DNA of 64,000 nt from Histomonas meleagridis 2922-C6/04-290x. Taxonomy: Eukaryota > Protista > Parabasalia. Numbering within the stretch: the first letter of the stretch is position 1; each line of letters starts with the position of its first letter. The stretch lies in NCBI GenBank assembly GCA_020184695.1, contig JAANOX010000258.1, positions 248,001-312,000 of the forward strand. Direction: 5' to 3'. Positions 11,140 to 23,070 of the stretch are shown one piece after another. Both the position numbers and the translations under genes were made by a program. A model generated the notes under the pieces. It did not search any database and was not told the DNA's origin. It worked only from the letters and a program-made list of their open reading frames with translations.

Positions 11140-11754
11140 ATGGCTTCTCGCGGAAGGCAAATGCTCAAGCTTCTCCTCCTCGGAGATGCAGGTGTTGGCA
11201 AGACCTCACTTCTCAACCAATTTGTCAACAGAGAGTTTACACAACAATACAAGGCTACAATTGGTTCTGATTTCTCATCAAAGCAAATTGAGATTGACGG
11301 AAAGTATGTAACCCTTCAAATCTGGGATACAGCAGGTCAGGAACGTTTCCAATCTCTTGGTCCAACCTTCTATCGTGGTACCGACTGCTGCATTCTTGTA
11401 TATGATGTTACAAAGCAAACATCATTCGAAAATATTAAGAAATGGAAGAACGAATTTTGCGTACAGCTTGACCTTACAAATGCAGATGACTTCCCATTCC
11501 TTATTCTTGGAAATAAATCCGATCTTCCTGAAAAAGTCATCCAACCATCAGCAGCTCGTGAATTTGCTCAAATGAATGGCGACATGCAATTCTTCGAAGT
11601 TTCAGCTAAGACAGCAGATAATGTTCAAACTGCATTTGAATCAATTGTCAAGAAGGCATTAGAAAAAGCACCAAAGGATGACTTTGTCATCCCGCAAACC
11701 GTTGTTGGTTTGGATAACAAGCCAGAAAAGAAAGAATCAGGATGTGATTGCTGA
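11140..11754 (+). CDS. RAB7: Rab7 GTPase
   Basis: GDAGVGKTS, QYKATIGSDF, WDTAGQERFQSLG, FPF.ILGNK, ETSAK-like EVSAK, and C-terminal CDC. Confidence 0.92.
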   Translation: MASRGRQMLKLLLLGDAGVGKTSLLNQFVNREFTQQYKATIGSDFSSKQIEIDGKYVTLQIWDTAGQERFQSLGPTFYRGTDCCILVYDVTKQTSFENIKKWKNEFCVQLDLTNADDFPFLILGNKSDLPEKVIQPSAAREFAQMNGDMQFFEVSAKTADNVQTAFESIVKKALEKAPKDDFVIPQTVVGLDNKPEKKESGCDC

Positions 11755-12213
11755 GTAAATTCAATAAACAATTCCTTCACTTCTATTTCTTTGGTCAATG
11801 ACTTGTAATCATTGCATTTCACCAATTTTTTTTTGAATTCAGAAATCAGATTTTTTTAATTTTGTTTTTTATTTACAAAAAAACATCACTACTGAAAAGG
11901 TTTTTCATGTGAAATTCTATGTTCTGTATCCAGAATTTGGAATCATAAATTCACTTTTATAAAAATTGATTTCGTTAAAGAAATATATTACTTCATCCAC
12001 ATGGACAAAATGAATAATATATAGTGCTTTTGGTTGGCGGTATTAAAACCATTTCAATGTAAATTGTAATTTAATCAGATTGTTGACATGGAACTTTCGA
12101 AGTAATCTTTTTGGTGCTTGTGCTGTATAATGGATCACATTTCGAATTTTTCTGCTTTCTCAGATTTATTAAAAATCAAAATTATTTCACACATTTATTA
12201 AACACAATTTCCA

Positions 12214-12993
12214 TTATATTCCTATTAGGTCATCATATTCTTCTGCCTCTTCAACATAGAACAACGGCCTTATCCTTGAATAAAGAGATTCGTTTTCATA
12301 TTGAATCCAATCTTTACCAAGAACGTTCACAAAGAACGGATGCTCTGTGATCTCAAATGTATTTATGCGCTTTTTTGGATCTGTTTCAAGCGTTTTTTGG
12401 ATTAAATCCTTCAGATCTGGATATTGTTCAAACATTTTTTCAATATTATTATGAATTAAGAATAAAAATGTGAAACCATAACTCAGAACATCAGAGGAAA
12501 ATGAAATTGAATCATTGTCAACTAATTTGACAGAATTTTCAAAGTTATTAATTTGTGGTTTAGGCTCTTCACTTTCGATATCATCTATAAATATGTCGAG
12601 TGGCTTGATGTTTCTAAGAAGGATGTTGTTGCTATGTAATGTTGAAAGAGCAACAGCAATTCTATACATACTAATAGAAATAAAGCGGATTGAAAGATCA
12701 GGGATTCTCTGGAGTTCGATTAGCGTTTCGCTTGGTGTGTATGGCATAACAAGAACTCTGTATTTTTCATAATTAAATTGTTCCAAAATAGGCATTATGT
12801 ATGGATGTTGAATTTCTGATTGCAGTTGATTCTCGAAGTCAACTTTTCTAATGTTTTCTTGTGTCATAGAAATAAATTTCATTAAATACTTCTTTTGATT
12901 CTTTGTTGCAACGTATGTATAAGAACTGTTGGAGCTCCAACACATGCGAGATAGCTGGTACCCATTTACATTAGAATGAAGTTGACTGAACAT
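12214..12993 (-). CDS. Divergent protein kinase, probable pseudokinase
   Basis: YLMK (beta3 Lys), HPYIMPI and LETDPKKRI are present, but HRD reads LRN(IKP) and DFG reads NFE. Confidence 0.75.
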   Translation of the reverse strand: MFSQLHSNVNGYQLSRMCWSSNSSYTYVATKNQKKYLMKFISMTQENIRKVDFENQLQSEIQHPYIMPILEQFNYEKYRVLVMPYTPSETLIELQRIPDLSIRFISISMYRIAVALSTLHSNNILLRNIKPLDIFIDDIESEEPKPQINNFENSVKLVDNDSISFSSDVLSYGFTFLFLIHNNIEKMFEQYPDLKDLIQKTLETDPKKRINTFEITEHPFFVNVLGKDWIQYENESLYSRIRPLFYVEEAEEYDDLIGI

Positions 12994-13405
12994 CTTCTCT
13001 AATGAACGGATTGCTGGCACCTTTAAATTATGCCACAATTTTGAATGGAAAATTTTCCCAAGGCCTTGGGCAGCTGCCTTTCAAAATTGTGAAAAGAATT
13101 TGAGTTTTCGATTTATTCAGTGCCGTCAAAAGTTATATCGGGGTGCCCTACATTACTTCACATGTGAAGTAACCAAAACCTTTCTGTTGATCATTATAGA
13201 GAACATATAATAACTATCTAAACACAGAATCTAAGAAATCAGACACAGCACCAACAAAAACAATACAATTACTGTTATCAATGTGATCAAAACGAATTTC
13301 TTCAATTCCATAAACGATATCATTCAAAATTAAAGAGAGGGCAAATAAAAGGGCAAAATTTGAATGCTATTTTCAAAACAAAAAGTTAAATCAAACTTTT
13401 GATAT

Positions 13406-14587
13406 TTAAATCAATACCTTTTCAAGGATATCATGTGTTGTCTTTTCGTCGATTGACTTCCTGAAGCCGTATGGTTTGCCTCCAACTGAGTCCATAACCA
13501 TCTTTGTAACTGTGTCAAGATCTCCTTCCTCGACCTTTGTGTTAGGCCATTCAGAAACCTTTGTTGGTTGGCCTATCTTGACAATGAACTTCCTGATCTC
13601 AGAAATAAATCCGCGTGCTTTCTCTTCTTCAGTTCCCTTGCAACCGAAAACGAATTCAGCTGCCTTAGCTAAGAGTGGCTTTCTTGATTCGAATTGGCTT
13701 TCAAGGAAGAATGGAGTAACAATTGCTAATGTTGCACCATGATCAATTCCATATTTAGCTGTGAGTTGGTGGCCGATCATATGAATTCCCCAACATGTTT
13801 CCTTTCCTAAGGTAAAGATAAGGTTCAAAGCAAATGTTGCAGCAATGATTAATCTTTCATGAAGTTCAAGTGATGATCCTTCCTTAACAACATCTGGACC
13901 AATGTCAACAAGTTCCTTAAGAACTGACATCCAGAAGTTATCCATCATTGGGAGTTCTTGTGGTGTTAAGAATTGATCAATGCAATGACAAATGGCATCA
14001 TAAACACCATTACGTAATTGACGTGGTGGAAGTGTCATTGTATACTTGGGCTCTAAGAGAGAGAAAACTGGGTATGTGTTGTTATTTCCTCCTGCAAGTT
14101 TGGCTTTCAATGAACGACGTGAAATAACAAAGTTGTTATTCCATTCACTACCGGTGGCTGGTAATGTCATAACTGAGGCGACAGGATAAGCTTCAGGTGG
14201 ATATTCTTGCTTTGTGAGGATTTCCCATGGATCTTTTCCATCTTCAAGCTTGGCAACAAGAGCAATGTATTTTGTACCATCGAGGCAAGAGCCACCACCA
14301 ACAGAAAGAATAAGATCTGGTTTGTATTCTTTGACAACATTTGCGATTTCGATTAATCTGTCATATTCTGGATTGGCTGGGATTCCACCTTCCCAACGAA
14401 CTTCACATTCGAGGGCTGCAAGAGCTTCTGTAACATCAGCGCGGCATCCATTGAGATCAATAGAACCGCCACCAAATGTGCAAAGAATCTTGCTCTTTGG
14501 CTTGACGAACTTTGGCATGTATTCCTTGACGCAACCGGTGCCAAAGGCAACTTGAGTTTTGTTAGCCCACAACCAATGCTGTGACAT
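13406..14587 (-). CDS. Iron-containing alcohol/aldehyde dehydrogenase (YqhD/BDH-like, NADPH)
   Basis: GGGS motifs (FGGGSI, VGGGSCLD), TLPATGSE, HCID, HMIGH and HGATL. The start ATG at 14587 follows the Inr-like TCACTTTT. Confidence 0.93.
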   Translation of the reverse strand: MSQHWLWANKTQVAFGTGCVKEYMPKFVKPKSKILCTFGGGSIDLNGCRADVTEALAALECEVRWEGGIPANPEYDRLIEIANVVKEYKPDLILSVGGGSCLDGTKYIALVAKLEDGKDPWEILTKQEYPPEAYPVASVMTLPATGSEWNNNFVISRRSLKAKLAGGNNNTYPVFSLLEPKYTMTLPPRQLRNGVYDAICHCIDQFLTPQELPMMDNFWMSVLKELVDIGPDVVKEGSSLELHERLIIAATFALNLIFTLGKETCWGIHMIGHQLTAKYGIDHGATLAIVTPFFLESQFESRKPLLAKAAEFVFGCKGTEEEKARGFISEIRKFIVKIGQPTKVSEWPNTKVEEGDLDTVTKMVMDSVGGKPYGFRKSIDEKTTHDILEKVLI

Positions 14588-14600
14588 TTTGAAAAGTGAT
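14588..14600 (-). promoter_or_regulatory. Inr-like core promoter element of the Fe-ADH gene
   Basis: TCACTTTTCAAA immediately precedes the ATG, fitting the trichomonad TCA(+1)YT/A Inr. Confidence 0.6.
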
Positions 14601-14737
14601 CTGAACAAATAACCAGTTGAATTATTTCAATGAGGTAATTGAATGAATGAAATCCAAACGATATGATATTTGAAGGATTTTCTGCTGAGAGCATTGAATT
14701 AATTCATAACGGGTCGGCTTTTTGAATGGATCACAAA

Positions 14738-14747
14738 GGGGCGCCCC
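14738..14747. promoter_or_regulatory. GC-rich palindrome GGGGCGCCCC, candidate upstream element (also at 6728, 10335, 13140, 30818)
   Basis: Recurs 27-150 nt upstream of start codons in very AT-rich intergenic DNA. Confidence 0.45.
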
Positions 14748-15583
14748 AAAAAATTAATTCAATGACATAAATTTCAAAATATCGTATACGATAGCCATCG
14801 TTGTAAAATAAATAACGAAATTGAATATGTTTTCAAAAATGTTATAACGCGATTTCAAGAATGAATGCCATTTTACTTATTAATGTAATTAGTTGTTGCA
14901 TGCTGGAACAGCTATATGCAACTACACGCATCTTCCTCAACTAAAGTTACGTGTGTAAATATGAGCTGGGATGCATCTAATGTTAATAAAGGCCAATTAC
15001 TGAATGCACTATTTTCAAGTTATCCAAAATTAATAATTATCACACGCTCTGTAACATTCATATAATTTTTTGAAAAATTATCTAAAGCAGATATTGTGAG
15101 AGTTCTTGTACCTGCATCATATGATTGCTTAGTATTAACAAAAAATATAATCACCTAAATCAAAAATATTTTGAAATTCCTTTCATTTTTATCTAAATTA
15201 AATAACTTTTATAAAAAGAATAATAAGCAAAATTAAAAACAAAATAATTTACAAATTGTTAATTTATATATGTAACAAAAGAAATTTCTCAAATAAAATA
15301 TTTTTACATTATTCACTTTATACATATCAAAATAAAATGAATTTTTTTCAAAGAATAAATAAAGTGATTTTTAAATTTAGAAGAAGTAAATTCGAAACAT
15401 TTTTTAAAGACATCGAATAGACATATAGCAAGCAACATAACAATAAAATTATTTAAAAAGTTTTGCAAAAACAAAAAAACGCAATACTAAACATCAATTT
15501 TGGTAGAAAATAAGGCGTTTTACCAACCATACTAAAAATGATTAACATTTAGAACATATTATATTATTATTTATTTATCTTAA

Positions 15584-16833
15584 TTACATTTGCACAATGA
15601 ATTTGTCTTCTTTGAAGTCATCTGCAAATGGGTCTTCTTCAATATTTGATATAGATATTCCTGTTGTGAATGTGTTTGTTGTTTGGTTATTATCATTTTG
15701 TTGTTCTGAAATTTCATTTTCATCAATTTCTTCTTTTTTATTTTTAATTCGTATCAATAATATAATAAGTAATGAAATTATAATAATAACAGCAACAATA
15801 ACGCAAACGATTATTATGATAATTGTTGTTTTATTATCATTTGTTTGAAATTCATTGTTATAAATAAATGTAAAGAAGTTCGAATAATAAATATAATAAG
15901 TTGAATAAATAATAACTGTGTAATCATAATATATAAATTCTGTTTCAATATAAATATTCGACGAATTAATTGTAAATAGTGAAAGTGATTTTGTTTGTAT
16001 TTCATAATAAGAAAATGAATATGTAAATGATAATGTGGCTGTTAATAAATATGAAAAAGATTTCGTTATATCATTTTGAAATGATTCAGTAAATGCATTC
16101 GACTTTGAATATGTATTACTACAACTGAATGCATTTGACTGAGAATATGTATTACTTCGACTGAATGTATTTGACTGAGAATATGTATGTGAAGCTGAAA
16201 ATGAAAGTGTTGGAATTGGTTTGCAATTTCCTTCTGCTGATTTGATAACATTTAATGCGCCAAAGTTACTTTTTATATATGTTGGATATGTTATAACTGT
16301 TGTTGCAACATTAAAAAATGCATTTTCTCCAATATCTGGTTCTGTGTCGCCATAATAATAAATGCATTCAAGTGCATCACAATTACCAAATGCTGAACCT
16401 CCAATTTCTTTTATTCCATAGCCAAGTGTTAACATTATTAAATTAGAACATGATGAAAATGCTGAATTACCAATCGATGCGACTGAATTTGGAATTGTAA
16501 TGTTTTTGATTGATGAACATGCTGAAAATGCTGAACCGCCAATTGCTGTAACATTTTCTCCAAAAATAATCGTTTCTAAATTAGAACATAATGAAAACGC
16601 ATAATTCCCAATATCTGAAATAGAATTACCAAAATTAACTGAAACAACTGATGGCCATTCTGTAAATGAACCGCCTGGAATGAAATAAATTCCTTTACTA
16701 ATATTTATAAATTTCGTGATGTTTTTATATTGATCAATTTCACTAAAATCATTTGAGTTTGTTATTGTTAATGTTGAACTATCATAAAATAATTGAAAAG
16801 AATTTATGAAAAATATAACAAAAATTAAAACAT
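15584..16833 (-). CDS. BspA-like LRR surface protein with S/T stalk, TM helix and acidic tail; start codon ambiguous
   Basis: TpLRR repeats (IGNSAFSSCSNL), SNTFS stalk, TM 'IIIIIVCVIVAVIIIISLLIILLI', and tail 'EEDPFADDF'. The signal-peptide ATG (16833) is one base out of frame. Confidence 0.8.
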
Positions 16834-18149
16834 TTTTATGTTTTTTCTTTTCGTTTGTTTTCAATTCGTAGTTGGTCAATAAAAATTTCTGTAGAAACAG
16901 TAACTTTTTCTGAAAAAAATTGATATAAACCACCACAATCATCATTGAAAAAACAGCGGTTAAACGAACGTGAACATTGAATTTAAATGGTCGGTCTGTT
17001 TTATCGTTTTGCATCAATGAAAAACAAAGAAATTCGTACTGGTTTAAAGAGATATTCCCATAATGCACATCCAAAGGTTGTGTTGTTATGTTGTTTTCAA
17101 TAAGCATACTAGTTATAAAGAATTCATTTTGTGTAATTGTAAAATATGATGCTTGGAATTTTATTTTGTCATAAAAGAATTGAAGTATTTCTGGTGTACA
17201 GCCACTGTCAGTCAAGAAATTTAAAAATATACTTGTTTTAAAGAAAGTAGAAATATTGTTAAATATATCAGAATTATCATACTTAATTCTAAAGACTGGG
17301 ACTTGTACATTGTGTGTGTGAGTGAGCCCTTCTTTGCTTAGGTTCTTTTTCATATTTGATATTTTTGTAGTTGTAAAAAATGGAATTCCTGGTATTATAT
17401 CGGTTGTAAATTGCTTTGTTACGCCCGAAATGAACAGCAAATGAAGAATTTTCATGCTTCAGGATCTTATATAGTTGAAGGCCTTTACCAAATACACATC
17501 GGCCAATACAAAAGTTAAAAATCACACGGTTAATATGTAAAAAATTTGTTGTTAAATTGAAGTTTTTCAATATAACCTAAATTTTGTTTGTTTCAATATT
17601 TAAAGACATCAAGAAAAGATAATACATTTAATGCTTGCAAAGACACTTTTAAATAATATAATGAATGGATGTGTTAGAGTTGAGTTTGCTGATTAAAACG
17701 ATATATCTTTGTTGTATAAAAGCACTTTTTATATTGTTAAATTTCATTATTTTGATGAGATATGCGTTTATTTCTTTTTATGTTAATTTATTTTGTGTGA
17801 TACAAATTATATGAATAAATTAAACACATCCTAAAATATATTAGAGATATTATGTATAATTAAGTGATATATTGAAAAGAAAAACATATTATTGTATGCT
17901 AATATATAGTAAATGAAGTCATATCACAAACTCCATATCTTGTTACTTCTAAATTAATGGTGATTCTAAATTGCTTGATTCTATTTATCTTTGTATATAA
18001 TATTTTGATGTGTGAATGCTTTTCATGTATATAATTTATTTTTCCAATGTTTTTATGATTCATATCATTTACATTTAACATCTAATACTTAACGAAATAT
18101 TTCTATAGTAAACTACAAATCATTTTGTAAATGAATAATATGATTTAGA

Positions 18150-18530
18150 ATGTTACATCAAAACAATATTCAGCATATTCGTGCGAAACATTGTAATGAA
18201 ATTTGAATAATAATTGTAATGTGTTGAATAAATAATAACTGTGTAATCATAATAAAGAAATTACGTTTCGATATAAGAAAACGTTGAATTAAATATGGAT
18301 GATGATAATGTTTGCGTCTCATAATATGTAAATGAATAAGCAATTGTCAATGTGTATGTTAATGAAAACGAAAATGTTAAAACGCTTTGAAACTATCCAG
18401 TGAATGTATTTGAGAATATGTGTTACTGAATGCATGTGATGCTGAAAATGAAAGTGGTGAAATTGGTTTGCAATTTCCTTTTGCATATAATTTGATATTT
18501 ATGGTGAGGTTTGTAATAAATAATTGATCA
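18150..18530 (-). pseudogene. Truncated, decayed paralog of the C-terminal part of the 15.6-16.8 kb BspA gene
   Basis: 'GNCKPISPLSFSASHAFSNTYSQ' here versus 'GNCKPIPTLSFSASHTYSQ' in the gene; 'aataataactgtgtaatcataat' occurs at both about 15910 and about 18231; frameshifts and stops present. Confidence 0.8.
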
Positions 18531-19403
18531 CTAAAAATCTTTGAGCCTAAGTTTTTTGGTGAGGCTTGTAATAAGCAAAGAAGTATATGGCAAAAGCCAA
18601 GATGAAATAACATATTCATGCGAAAACTTGAGAAACTTGCTAATAAATCAGTCAAACTATACAAAGAGCTTCGACCGACTTCTTTTCGTCAGTTCATTTG
18701 TAAAACTTTTACTGAAACGCGTTTTATTGTTTTTGCAATAGGAAGATGTTCACAAAGCTGAAACATGATGATTTTTATGAAAAGTGACAGAAAGTTCCTC
18801 ATTTAAATTGTTGAAGACAAAAAAATGAAAGAATGAAAATGATATCGTACAAATCATATCGTTTAACTTCGAAAGGTTTCTATCGAATGATTAATGTGCA
18901 CATCATGCATGATTATTGGTTTAAACAAAAAATTAAAGCAAAAAGTAGAGTTCATAAATCTTCATAAAATCAACCATAACTTGATATCTGAGTTGTTTTG
19001 CTTTCCTTTTTTGATATAGATAAGTTTCTTTTTGGGTAATCTATTAAATAGCTGTGCTTGAATGGAAAAAATTTCATTTATAAGAAATTTGATAATAATT
19101 TTGAAGAAAGAATCACTTTAAACATATTCATTATATGCGCACTATTTCGCTATTCATAAAAAAGTTAATTAATTATTGTAATACTAAGGAATGACCAAGA
19201 AATCTTAACTTTTCGTCAAAAATTTGTAAAATTTCACTAAATCAATAAATATGGTGATAATATTCATATTTTGCATTATAATTCACCATCAATTGCAAAA
19301 ATAGCGATTCCTAATGTGTAAATAAAACGTCGATTGTAAACAAGAAAACTCATCAAATATTCAGAAGAAAGATTGAAATGAAATATTTATTCACAGAAAA
19401 TCA

Positions 19404-22010
19404 TTATTTTCTATTAAACCTAAAGAAGCCGAATGGCGAGAACCTTTTCACTCTAAACTTATCTATTTTCTCGAATTCATAAGCGTTGATTTCCCTTTGA
19501 ATTTCATCACTTACTTTAAAATCTTCATAAATTTTATACAATTTATTATTGCATTCTAATGTCATCTTCTGTATAACTTCAGCTGGAAATGCGCTAAAAG
19601 TTGTACTAAATATTACTTTTGTTGCTTTCATTTTCGAAACGTATTTATTGACAACGTTATCCACGGTTTCTTTCAATTTTGATAGCAACTCCTCTTTGTT
19701 ATTCAAAATTGTTTCAATTGTTTCTCTGTTATTAATTTGATTTATATGATTATAATAAGATTCAGTTATATAATTATCTATTTCCACTTGATCACTTTCT
19801 TTTATTTGGTCGAAGTTAATTTCTTTTTTACAATTTTCTTCGAAATTATTTTTGGTAATTATATTCACATTTGTAACTTCTTTGGAATAAATTTTTGTTT
19901 TTAATTCTCCAACATTCTGATTAAACACATTATCGACTTTTCTCTTTTTGTTTTGAAGATATTTATTATTATTACTTTTAGCTGTATCGTCAGCTAATTT
20001 ATTTATCTTATTTTTTAATATTAATATTTTATTATTTATATACAGTTGTAATTCATTAAGTTTTTGATATAAATCTTTCCCAATTTCATTTTGTATCAAA
20101 TTGTTACATTCTTTGTGAATATTATCAACATCCAAATATAACATTATGTCATAGAACGATGTTGATTTGCTGTTATTTATCTTATTTTCAATATTTTGTT
20201 CTTTTTCTTTTAGAAAATAGTCGACTTTATGCTTAAGAAGGTCAATATGTTCTCCTTTAACTTTAGTTAATATTAACTCAATTTGAGTTAAATTCATTAA
20301 AATCTTTTGTGTTATATTTGTAGGAATTTGTCTTTTGTATATACATTCGATTGAATTTTCACATTCTTTGATTACATAATTCATTAAACTTTGATCATCA
20401 AATGAATATATCGTTTGAATTGGTAACAACTTAAATTTGTTCTCTAATTCATATATCATGACATCGATAATTTTATCGACGTTTTGTTCGATATTATTTT
20501 TGTTCGATTTGATGATTTCTCGTGATTCGTTTTGGATTTTGTTCTTTACATTTAACATTTTTTCATTTAAATAATCATTGATTTGATCTTGTACGTCATT
20601 AGTGACTTTGATATCATTATATATTTTTACGATTTCGTTATTAATGTTTTGTTTAGTTGTTTCAAATGAACATATTTGTTCGAGTTGCTTGAAATCATTT
20701 ATATTACTTTTCTGAAAATATATTTCATTTTCGATAGTTTGTTCATATTGATGAATAAGATTATTAATTTTCTTTTTAAGAAATTGAATTTGTTTTTCTT
20801 TGATTTTTGGTATTAATTCATAAAATTCTTTCATTTTGTCACTAATAGAATTGATAATTTTGTTCTTGAATTGATTATATGTATCAATATCTTTTGTCTT
20901 AATTGATTTCGGTAGTTTAGCATCAAGAATATTTATGAGGTTATCACAAATTTGTCTTGCATCGATAGTTTCCATATGTGCAATTGGTTCGTTTTGAATT
21001 TCATTTTGTATTTGTGAAATTTTGTTGTTTAATATAATGATTTGTTCATTAATAATACCTTCAACAAAAGGTGAAAAATGCTTGTCAATAGTTGACCTTC
21101 GTCCTTCAATAAATGCTTGTTCTATGTTTTTTTCTAATTCTTTCATTTCTTTGGTCTTAATTAACATATTGAACATTTCATAGGCACTTTTTGGGTCGTA
21201 AACCATTGAAAACTGTTTGATGTAATCTTCAACACGCTTAAGAAGAAGCTGCGCAAATATCTCAAAACCTTTGTTGAATTCTTCGCTTTGCTTTAACACG
21301 TCTTTGTTAATATCATACATTGGTAAAGGAATACATTCTCCAGGATTAAAGCAACCACCAATTTTTTGGGAAAAAGATTTGGTAACTTTTTTTTGAAATT
21401 TCTGAAACTTGTTTTGGCTAGGTATATAATTAGATGTATTTGTAAAAAGATTAATCAAGTTTTGACTCGTATTACAATTATTTGCAACTTTGCCAACTAA
21501 ATCTGTAATCTCAAGAATTTTCTTCATGGTGTTAACTTCTCCATTGGTAATAGCTGGTTTTGTCAATGAAATAATTACACAGGAAAGTGTTGCATATGGA
21601 GCAATAAGTTGACTGAGAAGATAAGTACAAGCTTCTGAGTTTCCGCCTCCTGCCTCAAAGCCATTACATCCCTCCGTATCGACAAAGAAAATTTGCGTTT
21701 CATCTTCTTTTATCTCATCCATATGAAATCTTTTTCGAATTAAATTGTTTGAATATGGACCATATACAAAAGCGCCGATGGTTTTTTCATCACACCCATC
21801 ACCAACTTCAATATTAGAATCACCTGTAAGTTTTTTTAAAGTTGATGATTTGCCTGTTTGATATGATCCGAAAATTGTGACGAAAACAATTTGTTTTCCT
21901 TCTGCGTTACTTACCGCCTTTCTGAATTCTGAAGGCATTGGTATGAACCTTTGGGTTTCCAAAGTTCCATCCTTTCTCTCTTCTCGTTTCTCTCTTCTCG
22001 TGCACTGCAT
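19404..22010 (-). CDS. Guanylate-binding-protein/atlastin-like large GTPase with long helical C-terminus
   Basis: G1 'FGSYQTGKSS' and GB1/RHD3-type G3 'FVDTEG', followed by about 600 aa of helical/coiled-coil sequence. Confidence 0.82.
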   Translation of the reverse strand: MQCTRREKREERKDGTLETQRFIPMPSEFRKAVSNAEGKQIVFVTIFGSYQTGKSSTLKKLTGDSNIEVGDGCDEKTIGAFVYGPYSNNLIRKRFHMDEIKEDETQIFFVDTEGCNGFEAGGGNSEACTYLLSQLIAPYATLSCVIISLTKPAITNGEVNTMKKILEITDLVGKVANNCNTSQNLINLFTNTSNYIPSQNKFQKFQKKVTKSFSQKIGGCFNPGECIPLPMYDINKDVLKQSEEFNKGFEIFAQLLLKRVEDYIKQFSMVYDPKSAYEMFNMLIKTKEMKELEKNIEQAFIEGRRSTIDKHFSPFVEGIINEQIIILNNKISQIQNEIQNEPIAHMETIDARQICDNLINILDAKLPKSIKTKDIDTYNQFKNKIINSISDKMKEFYELIPKIKEKQIQFLKKKINNLIHQYEQTIENEIYFQKSNINDFKQLEQICSFETTKQNINNEIVKIYNDIKVTNDVQDQINDYLNEKMLNVKNKIQNESREIIKSNKNNIEQNVDKIIDVMIYELENKFKLLPIQTIYSFDDQSLMNYVIKECENSIECIYKRQIPTNITQKILMNLTQIELILTKVKGEHIDLLKHKVDYFLKEKEQNIENKINNSKSTSFYDIMLYLDVDNIHKECNNLIQNEIGKDLYQKLNELQLYINNKILILKNKINKLADDTAKSNNNKYLQNKKRKVDNVFNQNVGELKTKIYSKEVTNVNIITKNNFEENCKKEINFDQIKESDQVEIDNYITESYYNHINQINNRETIETILNNKEELLSKLKETVDNVVNKYVSKMKATKVIFSTTFSAFPAEVIQKMTLECNNKLYKIYEDFKVSDEIQREINAYEFEKIDKFRVKRFSPFGFFRFNRK

Positions 22011-22819
22011 TTTTTAACCTTCAGTGGCATTTTTTTAAATAATTGATTCAATTTTCAAATGTACTTTGTGCCGATTTAAAAAATAATTTTTTTGAATTCT
22101 ATAGATTACAGGCGGTTATTCCAGTTTTTGAGTGAAAATGTTTTGGGTTTTGGTGCCTCTTGAGATTGAATGATGGATTTTTGGGTACTCTCGTTGGATA
22201 AGCAAGTTGTTGGTTCTCTTTTAAAATCCCTTTTTTCTTGCGAAACGAAGCAACTTAGGTTCGGAAATGAAAGTTTTGAAGATCTGAAATTTATATGTTA
22301 AGATATACATATATATCTGTTCCCTCGATCGCGCGTAACTAACAACTTAAACTCTAACATGAAAAGCAGGCACTTTCCTAGGAATGATATTCACACTTTC
22401 CCCATTGCATTTTGTCCAGTTAGAAAGGATTCATGTTGTAGGAGATTAAGATGTTATCCTTCCCATCTTTAATAAAATGTAAAAACCTATTTTCTGATTA
22501 CAAGATTATAATTCAAGAAGTTAGTGAAATTTCGTTTTAAAGGTTTTTTGGTGCAACTAAAAACATTTTAATTTGATGCAATAAAATATAGTAAGATCGA
22601 ACTGATCAGGTTTATTATTATTTTGTAATGTGACATTTTCTTTAAACGATTATTTTGTGAAGCATTCAATATTAAAACCGACCGATCAATTCAGATTGAA
22701 TCAATTTAAAAGAATTCGTAAATATTTTTACAAATACTCATTTTAAGCCAATATACTCAAATTAAAAATATTTTATTAATTATATTCTACATTATATAAT
22801 AATGAATTTTATCAGAGAA

Positions 22820-23070
22820 TACCAAACTGATCCCATCCTTTTCGCAGGCGGATACAATTCCAAAAATAAAAGCACTTGAGTGGCCACCCTATTCTGATTA
22901 AACTCTTTGAAGTCTAAAAATTTTTTTCTGGAAGAATTATTAAATGAAATGATTGAAAGTAACAATTGGGTATAAATTCAATATTTTTAAGTCGCCTTGT
23001 TAAAAAAGCTTTAATCGGATGGAATGTATATATTTTTAAATGTTATTACTTGATTCGCCTCTAGAGGGTT
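22820..23070 (+). mobile_element. Decayed Tc1/mariner/IS630-type transposase fragment
   Basis: '...KIKALEWPPYSD' (gagtggccaccctattctgat, about 22877-22897) followed out of frame by TTA AAC TCT TTG, matching the WPPYSPDLNPIE motif; interrupted by stops and frameshifts; no TIRs identified. Confidence 0.55.
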
